NCBI GenBank assembly: GCA_950097015.1
Contig: CATNEN010000032.1
Location: 2,294,001-2,358,000, forward strand
DNA from: Macrostomum hystrix
Lineage: Eukaryota > Animalia > Platyhelminthes
Reading direction: 5' to 3'
Length of the DNA stretch: 64,000 bases
A program made the position numbers and the translations under genes. Below, piece after piece: positions 12,101-24,100 of the stretch. Positions within the stretch are counted from its first letter, which is position 1. Each line of letters starts with the position of its first letter. Under the pieces are notes generated by a model that had not been told where the DNA came from, searched no databases, and worked only from the letters and a program-made list of their open reading frames with translations.

Positions 12101-15100
12101 GCTGACAGGCCGAGTCTCTGGCTGGCGGACACTGGCCCTTGCGGCACAGTCGCTGCTGTTTGACCGATGCACTCCTGCCTCCGGCTCCGCATGGCTGCCA
12201 GTCGGCCAGTCCGGCGTCATTCGGGCAGGTCTCGGCGGAGCCGTCGCACAGCTCTGGCAGGTCGCAGTCGTTGACGGCCTCCCGGCAGACGGAGCCGGAT
12301 GGCTTCAGCGTGCAGCCGGAGCAGCAGGCGCCGCCGCCGCGGCAGGTGGCCCAGCTGTGCAGGACGCAGGCGTTTTTATCGCAGCAGGGAACGGCATCGG
12401 CTGCTGCGTCCGAGCCGGGGTCGCATTCCTCGGAGCGTTCTAGCTTGCCATTGCCGCAGACAGGGGAATTGAGATTAATGTCGGCGCCGCCGCTGCCGTT
12501 ATCGCGACGACTCGCCAGCAGACAATTGGCCAGGCCGGAGCGCAGGGAAGCTTCCAGGCGTTGGGAATTGTAACGGTTCAGCAAACGGTCGATATTACAG
12601 CTAGGAGTAAGGGGAAATGTTAGATTTTTTATGTTAATCTTTGTGTCTTGAATTATCCGAGTGCCTAGATTCATCCTAAAGTGCCTAGATTCATCCAAAA
12701 GTGCCTAGATTTTTCTGAGAGTGCCTAGATTCATCCTAAAGTGCCTAGATTTATCTGAGAGTGCCTAGATTCATCCAAGAGTGCCTAGATTCATCCAAGA
12801 GTGCCTAGATTCATCCAAGAGTGCCTTGTTTCATCCTAAAGTGCCTAGATTTATCTGAGAGTGCCTAGATTCATCCAAGAGTGCCTAGATTCATCTAAGA
12901 GTGCCTAGATTTATCCAAGAGAGCCTAGATTTATCTGAGAGTGCCTAGATTCATTCTAAAGTGCCTAGATTTATCTGAGAGTGCCTAGATTCATCCTAAA
13001 GTGCCTAGATTTATCTGAGAGTGCCTAGATTCATCCTAAAGTGCCTAGATTCATCCAAGAGTGCCTAGATTTATCCAAGAGTGCCTAGATTCATCCAAGA
13101 GTGCCTAGATTTATCCAAGAGTGCCTAGATTCATCCAAGAGTGCCTAGATTCATCCAAGAGTGCCTAGATTCATCCAAGAGTGCCTAGATTCATCCAAGA
13201 GTGCCTAGATTCATCCAAGAGTGCCTAGATTCATCCAAGAGTGCCTAGATTCATCCAAGAGTGCCTAGATTTATCTGAGAGTGCCTAGATTCATCCAAGA
13301 GTGCCTAGATTTATCTGAGAGTGCCTAGATTCATCCAAGAGTATCTAGCTAAATCTTATAGTTTTTTTCGAGCCAGATTTGTGGGGGGTCTAGATTTACC
13401 GATGTAAATTACGATCAGCATTTTTTCAATTTTGGAAATATTTCATTCCTACTATAAGCCTTCCTTTTAGTAGTATGAGGGACACTTTTACAGGTCGAGC
13501 GTTTAGAGCAGCAGAGAAAAATAAGATTATAACAATAAAAAAACAACAGACAGAACTCAATCAGGCAAACAAAGCAATCGTGTTTCATTTCGGAGGAAAT
13601 ACTTTTAATATCTTTACGTATCGCCTGACGGCAATTACTGATTCAATATTTACAATGGGTCAGATTTTTAATCTATCTAATGGCGCCGCCCTTATGCAGA
13701 TCAATGACCGGCCCCAATCACACTTCTTGGCAGCACATATTTGCCAAGCCTCTGCACTGACATGATTTATGACTCGGGGATTTAATTACTTGCCGACAAT
13801 TAGTCAGCCGTAGATCCCAAGCAAGCCAGCTGTACGAAATCGGCGCAGAAAAGTCCCATGGGCCCGGCTTAGCGGGATGTTTCTGCTCGAAATTGCTTCC
13901 TGCTTCGGAAGGGAGTCGGTTTTGGCGTCAGACTAAAGTGGCTGCCGAAATTGCAACCCGCGCTTGAAGCAGAAGCAGAAGAAGAGAAGAATGGAAAAAG
14001 GTCAATAACAGGTGCGCAGATTCCCCGGCATTGCGGGCTTCAGAAAGATTGCCAAAATGCATTGCATTCGAGTCAGCTATCCAATGTGGGCTCTGGGGCG
14101 ACTGGTGCAAGCTTTTAAGATCTGCATGACCGTACAGTCCCACAGTTCGATGACCAAACCCTCCGTCAGTTCGCTGACCGAACCCTCCGTCAGTTCGATG
14201 ACTAAACCCTCCGTCAGTTCGCTGACCGAACCCTCCGTCAGTTCGCTGACCGAACCCTCCGTCAGTTCGATGACCAAACCCTCCGTCAGTTCGCTGACCG
14301 AACCCTCCGTCAGTTCGATGACCAAACCCTCCGTCAGTTCGCTGACCGAACCCTCCGTCAGTTCAATGACCAAACCCTCTGTCAGTTCGATGACTAAACC
14401 CTCCGTCAGTTCGCTGACCGAACCCTCCGTCAGTTCGATGACCAAACCCTCCGTCAGTTCGATGACCAAACCCTCCGTCAGTTCGATGACCAAACCCTCC
14501 GTCAGTTCGCTGACCGAACCCTCCGTCAGTTCGATGACCAAACCCTCCGTCAGTTCGATGACCAAACCCTCACAGAGTTTAATGACCAAACCCTCCGTCA
14601 GTTCAATGACCAAACCCTCCGTCAGTTCGCTGACCAAACCCTCATGGAGTTCAATGACCAAACCCTCATGGAGTTCAATGACCAAACCCTCCGTCAGTTC
14701 GCTGACCAAACCCTCCGTCAGTTCGATGACCAAACCCTCCGTCAGTTCGCTGACCAAACCCTCCGTCAGTTCGATGACCAAACCCTCACAGAGTTTAATG
14801 ACCAAACCCTCCGTCAGTTCAATGACCAAACCCTCCGTCAGTTCGCTGACCAAACCCTCATGGAGTTCAATGACCAAACCCTCATGGAGTTCAATGACCA
14901 AACCCTCCGTCAGTTCGCTGACCAAACCCTCCGTCAGTTCGATGACCAAACCCTCACAGAGTTTAATGACCAAACCCTCGTCAGTTCAATGACCAAACCC
15001 TCCGTCAGATCGCTGACCAAACCCTCATGGAGTTCAATGACCAAACCCTCATGGAGTTCAATGACCAAACCCTCCGTCAGTTCGCTGACCAAACCCTCAT

Positions 15101-18100
15101 GGAGTTCAATGACCAAACCCTCATGGAGTTCAATGACCAAACCCTCCGTCAGTTCGCTGACCAAACCCTCATGGAGTTCAATGACCAAACCCTCATGGAG
15201 TTCAATGACCAAACCCTCCGTCAGTTCGCTGACCAAACCCTCATGGAGTTCAATGACCAAACCCTCATGGAGTTCAATGACCAAACCCTCCGTCAGTTCG
15301 CTGACCAAACCCTCATGGAGTTCAATGACCAAACCCTCATGGAGTTCAATGACCAAACCCTCCGTCAGTTCGCTGACCAAACCCTCATGGAGTTCAATGA
15401 CCAAACCCTCATGGAGTTCAATGACCAAACCCTCCGTCTGTTCGCTGACCAAACCCTCATAGAGTTTAATGACCAAACCCTCCGTCAGCTCGATTTCCAA
15501 ACCCTCCGTCAGTTCGCTGACCAAACCCTCATAGAGTTTAATGACCAAAACCTCCGTCAGCTCGATTACCAAACCCTCCGTCACTTCGCTGACCAAACCT
15601 TCATGGAGTTCAATGACCAAACCCTCCGTCAGTTCGCTGACCGAACCCTCCGTCAGTTCGATGACTAAACCCTCCGTCAGTTCGGTGACCAAACCCTCCG
15701 TCAGTTCGCTGACCAAACCCTCCGTCATTTCGATGACCAAACCCTCCGTCAGTTCGCTGACCAAACCCTCCGTCAGTTCGATGACCAAACCCTCATAGAG
15801 TTTAATGACCAAACCCTCCGTCAGTTCGCTGACCAAACCCTCATAGAGTTTAATGACCAAACCCTCCGTCAGTTCGATGACCAAACCCTCCGTCAGTTCG
15901 CTGACCAAACCCTCCGTCAGTTCGATGACCAAACCCTCATAGAGTTCAATGACCAAACCCTCCGTCAGTTCGCTGACCAAACCCTCATAGAGTTTAATGA
16001 CCAAACCCTCCGTCAGTTCGATGACCAAACCCTCCGTCAGTTCGCTGACCAAACCCTCAGAGAGTTTAATGACCAAACCCTCCGTCAGTTCGATGACCAA
16101 ACCCTCATGGAGTTCGATGACCAAACCCTCCGTCAGTTCGATGACCAAACCCTCCGTCAGTTCGATGACCAAACCCTCCGTCAGTTCGCTGACCAAAACC
16201 TTCGTCAGTTCGATGACCAAACCCTCCGTCAGTTCGCTGACCAAACCCTCATAGAGTTTAATGACCAAACCCTCCGTCAGTTCGATGACCAAACCCTCAT
16301 GGAGTTCGATGACCAAACCCTCCGTCAGTTCGATGACCAAACCCTCATGGAGTTCGATGACCAAACCCTCATGGAGTTCGATGACCAAACCCTCCGTCAG
16401 TTCGCTGACCAAACCCTCCGTCAGTTCGCTGACCGAACCCTCCGTCAGTTCGATGACCAAACCCTCCGTCAGTTCGATGACCAAACCCTCCGTCAGTTCG
16501 CTGACCGAACCCTCCGTCAGTTCGATGATCAAACCCTCCGTCAGTTCGATGACCAAACCCTCCGTCAGTTCGCTGACCAAACCCTCATAGAGTTTAATGA
16601 CCAAACCCTCATAGAGTTTAATGACCAAACCCTCCGTCAGTTCGCTGACCAAACCCTCATAGAGTTTAATGACCGAACCCTCATAGAGTTTAATGACCAA
16701 ACCCTCATAGAGTTTAATGACCGAACCCTCATAGAGTTTAATGACCGAACCCTCATAGAGTTTAATGACCGAACCCTCATAGAGTTTAATGACCAAACCT
16801 CATAGAGTTTAATGACCAAACCCTCATAGAGTTTAATGACCAAACCCTCATAGAGTTTAATGACCAAACCTCATAGAGTTCAATAAACAAACCCTCATAG
16901 AGTTTAATGACCAAACCTCATAGAGTTTAATGACCAAACCTCATAGAGTTTAATGACCAAACCTCATAGAGTTTAATGACCAAACCCTCATAGAGTTTAA
17001 TGACCAAACCCTCCGTCAGTTCGCTGACCAAACCCTCATAGAGTTTAATGACCGAACCCTCATAGAGTTTAATGACCAAACCCTCATAGAGTTTAATGAC
17101 CGAACCCTCATAGAGTTTAATGACCGAACCCTCATAGAGTTTAATGACCGAACCCTCATAGAGTTTAATGACCAAACCTCATAGAGTTTAATGACCAAAC
17201 CCTCATAGAGTTTAATGACCAAACCTCATAGAGTTCAATAAACAAACCCTCATAGAGTTCAATGACCAAACCCTCCGTCAGTTCGCTGACCAAACCCTCA
17301 TAGAGTTTAATGACCAAACCCTCATAGAGTTCAATAAACAAACCCTCATAGAGTTCAATGACCAAACCTCATAGAGTTCAATAAACAAACCCTCATAGAG
17401 TTCAATGACCAAACCCTCCGTCAGTTCGATGACCAAACCCTCATGGAGTTCAACGACCAAACAGTCATAGAGTTTAATGACCGAACCCTCATGGAGTTCA
17501 ACTACCAAACAGTCATAGAGTTCAATGACCGAACCCTCTGACTAATCGAAAGCAAGGCAGCTCAAAGCCTAAAAGCGATGAGAAGACTCACTCGCCACCA
17601 GTCGGACAGGGAATGGCCAGCATGCCAAGCTGCTCCGCCACAGCCAGAGCTGTTAGTTTGGCTGTCCGCGGCCACTGGATGCCGTCGCCGTTCGATCGTA
17701 CTATCGAGACTGCCCGACGGCTGCAGACGCTGTCAAGGACGGTGAGATGATCGCTGGTGGTTGAATAGTTAGCCCCGGAGAGCAGTAGCATAGACTCGTC
17801 AAGCGGCAGTGACCGCGCCTTGGCCAGGCTCAGTGTCGACAGCAGGCCTGCCCGCAGACTGCCGCCCAGGGCTGTCTTGTCAGCCATGTTCCACACCTCC
17901 AGAGAGTGCAGCACGATGGACACGCGGCTGTCGAGGAGCAGCCTGTTGGCCTGACCAACAACTCGACCAGCCAGAGAGCTGGCCGCGGCCAGGGATCGGC
18001 CTAGGGAGTAGAACTGCGGGTGGGGATTTTAATAGTGATATGGGATAAAAACTGAATGGGATATGGCATGGGAGAAAACTATATGAGCTACAATTTTAGC

Positions 18101-21100
18101 GGGAGAAAATGAGACAGATTAATATGGGATGGGAGAAAAAATGTATGGGAAATATGGGATGGATGAATGAAGCAGTCTATGGGAAATATGGGATGGATGA
18201 AGGAATCAGTCTATGGGAAATATGGGATGGATAAATGAAACAGTCTATGGGAAATATGTGATGGATGAATGAAACAGTCTATGCGAAATATGTGATGGAT
18301 GAATGAAACAGTCTATGGGAAATATGGGATGAATGAATGAAACAATCTGTCACTCACCAGAGAATGGTCAATGATCACAGACAACCGCACAAAGAAGACT
18401 TTCTGCGGTGGTGTACTCGGCGGCCAATTAGACATCACGACATCCCGCATGGATTGGAGCACTTGAGCGCCGCCTGGCCGCAGTTCAACGTAGGGAGTGA
18501 AGAAGGTCTTTACGGCCACGTCGCGCACAATGGGCCTGTCGGGCGAGTCGGCCGGCTTGCGGTCCTGGGCCACGGGCAGAACGGCATGCGGCTTGTAGGC
18601 GGTGCAGGTGTGGCACTCAATAGGCTGGACTATGTAGTCGGCGCCTCGGTAGGTAAATATTCCTCGGACCCGATCGAAGCACACGTCGACAAAGGCATGC
18701 GAGTCTGGATCCCCAACAATGCTGCCCTCGTAGAAGCAGCGAGAGATTTCCTCTGAGACCGCTAGCTGGCCCTTCTCGGTGTAGCGCAGATGGAAGCTGC
18801 CTCTCGGCGAGATGAAGCTGCGGATTGAAGGAACAACGCTTTGCAGATTGAAGTTGGCGGCGCGAACATGGGTGGTGGGTTGATGGGATTCACACCGGGA
18901 GTGAGTGTACATTGGGGTGGTGGGTTGATGGGATTTACACCGGGAGTGAGTTTACATTGGGGTGGTGGGTTGATGGGATTCACACCGGGAGTGAGTGTAC
19001 ATTGGGGTGGTGGGTTGATGGGATTCACACCGGGAGTGAGTGTACATTGAAGTGGTGGGTTGATGGGATTTACACCGGGAGTGAGTGTACATTGGGGCGG
19101 TGGGTTGATGGGATTTACACCGGGAGTGAGTGTACATTGGGGTGGTGGGTTGATGGGATTCACACCGGGAGTGAGTTTACATTGGGGTGGTGGGTTGATG
19201 GGATTCACACCGGGAGTGAGTGTACATTGGGGTGGTGGATTTATGGGATCGAGTGTACATTAGTGTGCTGGGTTTATGGGAGTGAGTGTACATCAGGGTG
19301 ATTTTCGCTCATTTTTCTAAAGCCAATAAACATTTTTCATGGATAAGCACGAAGATTAGACTTTGAGTTGTAAACAATTTCGTTATTTTTGGTATTTAAG
19401 AATGACTTGGTGAGCTAAAATGTCTTGTTTTTAGACACAAAGAACCAAAACTAGCATAGATAATTTTATGAATGAGTTGGACAACTGGGACACAGATACG
19501 CAAGTATAATGACCCGAATGAGTCAGACAGTCGCTTGAGATTTTGCTAAGTTTAGTTTGAAATTCTCGAAACATTTACCAGCAGCTCAACTGTTTTCTCT
19601 TACCCGATTTCGACAATTTCGAGCCCAATTATTTATGCCCCCCAAATTGGTCGTTAATCTTTCTGGATCTTGAGAATTTCCGTTGCGCGAATTGTGAGTC
19701 TAAAACTCCTAGCTCGTATTTGAGCACGCGAGAGCTTTTAAGTTGAAAGTTGAGCATCGCAGAATGGTTAAAGTTCTATACACTACGAGTATTACCAATT
19801 CTTTTGATGTAAAACAGAGGCAAAAAAATCATTTTCACTTTTCACTTCTACTCTCTGTGCACCCAGAGTGCATCGATTCACGACTCACTTCCAGGATGGA
19901 GGGGAGACATCGCTTGACCCTCCCATGCATATTTAAGCCCGTAATCCCCATTCAGTTCCCAACACCAGGGCCAGTCTCAGCTGACTAGCTTGGGTGGGCA
20001 GCTTGTGTGTGAGTAAGTGTGCCAGCTCATACTCAGAATACATTCTACTATGCTCAAGCTAGCTCGGAGAAACAGGTCATAGCCATACACACGGCATAGG
20101 GCATTGATCTGATTGTATAGCAATGCAAACAAACATGACACTCCTTTTAGGATTATAGATCTGGGAGATCAGAGATAGGAGACAATTAAATAAAATTACA
20201 GGAAGTAAATAATAAATCTAAAGTCTACCAATCCTAAATCTATAAATTACCGAACTTCCCAAATCTAAAGTCTACGAATCCTAAATCTAAAGTCTACTAT
20301 CTCACCAAATCTAAAGTCTACTATCTCACCAAATCTAAAGTCTACTATCTCACCAAATCTAAAGTCTACTATCTCACCAAATCTAAAGTCTACTATCTCA
20401 CCAAATCTAAAGTCTACTATCTCACCAAATCTAAAGTCTACTATCTCACCAAATCTAAAGTCTACCATCTCACCAAATCTAAAGTCTACTATCTCACCAA
20501 ATCTAAAGTCTACTATCTCACCAAATCTAAAGTCTACTATCTCACCAAATCTAAAGTCTACTATCTTACCAAATCTAAAGTCAACTATCTCACCAAATCT
20601 AAAGTCTACTATCTCACCAAATCTAAAGTCTACTATCTCACCAAATCTAAAGTCTACTATCTCACCAAATCTAAAGTCTACTATCTTACCAAATCTAAAG
20701 TCAACTATCTCACCAAATCTAAAGTCTACTATCTCACCAAATCTAAAGTCTACTATCTTACCAAATCTAAAGTCTACTATCTCACCAAATCTAAAGTCTA
20801 CCATCTCACCAAATCTAAAGTCTACTATCTTACCAAATCTAAAGTCTACTATCTCACCAAATCTAAAGTCTACCATCTCACCAAATCTAAAGTCTACTAT
20901 CTCACCAAATCTAAAGTCTACCATCTCACCAAATCTAAAGTCTACCATTCTCCAGAATTGAAAAGTTTTCTCCGCTACGAAAGCTTCATAGCGAAGTCCA
21001 AAAGATAAGCCCTTTAATTCAGTATTAAAGAAAATAAATTAGCCTACAGTTAGAGGAGAATTAGTTTCAGAGTGGGAGAGAGAACACTACTATTGGGCGA

Positions 21101-24100
21101 TAAATCCCGCACAGGGCAGAAGGAGATCTCTTATCCCAAGCCAGGCCGCCCAAAAATATTTTAGCAGAGAGCAAAGCTACACTTTGATTTAGGCCCAGCA
21201 ATGTCCTATCGCTCTGTGGGGGCCCTGCCTCGCCTAGCCAAGATAAGGAGAGCGGCAAAACAGACTAGGAAAACAAGGCATTGCTTGACTAGCAATACCA
21301 GATTCGGCCTGCCAGCTTAATGCACCTGGTCCTTTCCTGGATAATATTGCCCACCCCTCGAATGCCAAGCTAAAACTTTTCCTGCAAAAGCAGGAAATCT
21401 ACGGAGTCATTTTTTTCTGCAATGAGCCACTAGTAGAGAACTAGTAGTTCAAATAGAAATTAATTGAGGGCCACTGCAACAAATACTCGTATTTTATTTC
21501 CGCTTTTAGAATCTAGCAAACTTTCTAGTTAAAACCTGCAACAGCGTAGAATCATTTATTGCGTCGATCAATTCGAATGGATGCATTTTAAAAACAGTTT
21601 AAGAATGCTACACCAGACAATGAACCAGTTGTGTGGCACCCTGACCTGCTGCTTGACCATGCAATATATTTTTTTCTGCCTCACCTATCGTTGTGGAATT
21701 CGCTTTTTGTGCGCTTCATCTCTGAAAAATCCTGTCTCGCTCTGTCACTCTCAGTCTGATTCTGTCACTCTCAGTCGCGCTCTGTCACACTCTCATTCTG
21801 TCACTCTCAGTCTCCTTCTGTCACTCGCAGTCTTATTCTGCCACTCTCAGTCTTATTCTGTCACTCTCAGTCTCATTCTGTCACTCTCAGTCTCCTTCTG
21901 TCACTCTCAATCTCATTCTGTCACTCTCAGTCTCATTCTGTCACTCTCAGTCTCATTCTGTCACTCTCAGTCTCATTCTGTCACTCTCAGTCTCATTCTG
22001 TCACTCTCAGTCTCATTCTGTCACTCTCAGTCTCATTCTGTCACTCTCAGTCTCCTTCTGTCACTCTCAGTCTCATTCTGTCACTCTCAGTCTCATTCTG
22101 TCACTCTCAGTCTCCTTCTGTCACTCTCAGTCTCATTCTGTCACTCTCAGTCTCATTCTGTCACTCTCAGTCTCATTCTGTCACTCTCAGTCTCATTCTG
22201 TCACTCCCTGCCTTTCTCAGTCACCCTCAGTCTGATTCAGTCACTCTTGGTCTTTGTCACTCTTGTTCTTTGTCATTCCAGCCAGTTATAGACCAGCTGG
22301 CTATAATTCCAAATATTTCATATACTCCAGAACAGTGTTATTTTCTCAACAAACTTACCTAGAGCCAGATTTCGTATCGAGGTGAGGGGTCAAAACGCGG
22401 GCTGAAAATAAATCAAGCCCGACCTCATAAACTCGAAATGAGTCACACGGAAAGGACTGCGCACCAAAGCCAGAGCTATGAATAATAAGCCCTTCTAAAA
22501 GCCAACAATAGACGACAATAAAAACGATCGGCTTCTCACAGCGTCAATCTTATCGCATTGCATAGAAACAAAAACATTGGTCTTTGTTCTCACCTTCTGG
22601 GGTGCAGTCAAGCGGTAATTCACGCGGCCAACAGCAACAAACAGTCAGACCAAAGGCGTGTGGAAGCAGACAGTTTCATTGCCAAAGAGCGGAGACCAAA
22701 TTTGATAATGCAAATCCTGACCTCCCGACCTTGCGCGCCTCCGCACACCGGACTCAGAGGCCAACGTAATCCATAAAACTTTAATTGCCGCCTCCCAAAC
22801 TCCCCCTCCCCGGTAACCCACATGGCCCTATGACCCGGGGGCATTCATAAAATGCTGTTTTATCGCTCGCATGGGAGCGCTGTTAAAGCATGACCAGCTG
22901 GAAGCGGTCAGTTGGCCTCCTGTACCACTCCATAGGGCAGTTGTAAAACACTAGTGCGAGCTATTTTTCAACTACCAGATCAACATCAAGTTTTTATTTC
23001 CGCTGTTTCAAACTGATTTTATAATCAGCGCAGGTCGATTGATGGCTTCAATATGATTGCCGATTGATCCACCTCCCTTCCTGGCCTTCCCGTCTTTCTT
23101 TAATCCCACCAGCATTTCTCCCTTCACTGTCTTTCTCCCCCCCAACAGTGTTTCTCCCCCACCAGTGTTTCTCCCCCACCAGTGTTTCTCCCCCCAACAG
23201 TGTTTCTCCCCCACCAGTGTTTCTCCCCCACCAGTGTTTCTCCCCCACCAGTGTTTCTTCCCCACCAGTGTTTCTTCCCCACCAGTGTTTCTTCCCCACC
23301 AGTGTTTCTCCCCCACCAGTGTTTCTTCCCCACCAGTGTTTCTTCCCCACCAGTGTTTCTCCCCCACCAGTGTTTCTCCCCCAACAGTGTTTCTCCCCCA
23401 CCAGTGTTTCTCCCCCACAAGTATTTCTCCCCCAGCAGTGTTTCTTCCCCACCAGTGTTTCTTCCCCACCAGTGTTTCTTCCCCACCAGTGTTTCTACCT
23501 CCATTGTCTTTTTCCCCAGCAGTGTTTCTCCCCCAAACCAGTGTTTCTCCCCCACCAGTGTTTCTCCCCCACCAGTGTTTCTTCCCCACCAGTGTTTCTT
23601 CCCCACCAGTGTTTCTCCCCCACCAGTGTTTCTCCCCCAACAGTGTTTCTCCCCCACCAGTGTTTCTCCCCCACCAGTGTTTCTTCCCCACCAGTGTTTC
23701 TTCCCCACCAGTGTTTCTTCCCCACCAGTGTTTCTACCTCCATTGTCTTTTTCCCCAGCAGTGTTTCTTCCCCACCAGTGTTTCTTCCCCACCAGTGTTT
23801 CTTCCCCACCAGTGTTTCTACCTCCATTGTCTTTTTCCCCAGCAGTGTTTCTTCCCCACCAGTGTTTCTTCCCCACCAGTGTTTCTTTCCCACCAGTGTT
23901 TCTTCCCCACCAGTGTTTCTACCTCCATTGTCTTTTTCCCCAGCAGTGTTTCTCCCCCAAACCAGTGTTTCTCCCCCAACAGTGTTTCTTCCCCAAACCA
24001 GTGTTTCTTCCCCAAACCAGTGTTTCTCCCCCAACAGTGTTTCTACCTCCATTGTCTTTTTCCCCAGCAGTGTTTCTTCCCCACCAGTGTTTCTCCCCCA

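Noticed and set aside
13928-14143. Extra ADAM exon
   Set aside because: Not needed, since the flanking exons join in phase to give CPTGGDCNID, and it has no recognisable ADAM motif.
14012-17508. Long ORFs of up to 620 aa (MTKPSVSS, VIELTEGL, DQTLRQF repeats) as mucin-like or repeat proteins
   Set aside because: They are translations of a 24-bp array open in several frames on both strands. The ADAM exons splice across it in phase (17592 to 12600).
19887-19980. Candidate prodomain exon ending at a GTGAGT donor
   Set aside because: Its open frame ends in phase 1, but the next exon needs phase 2, which 25128 already supplies.
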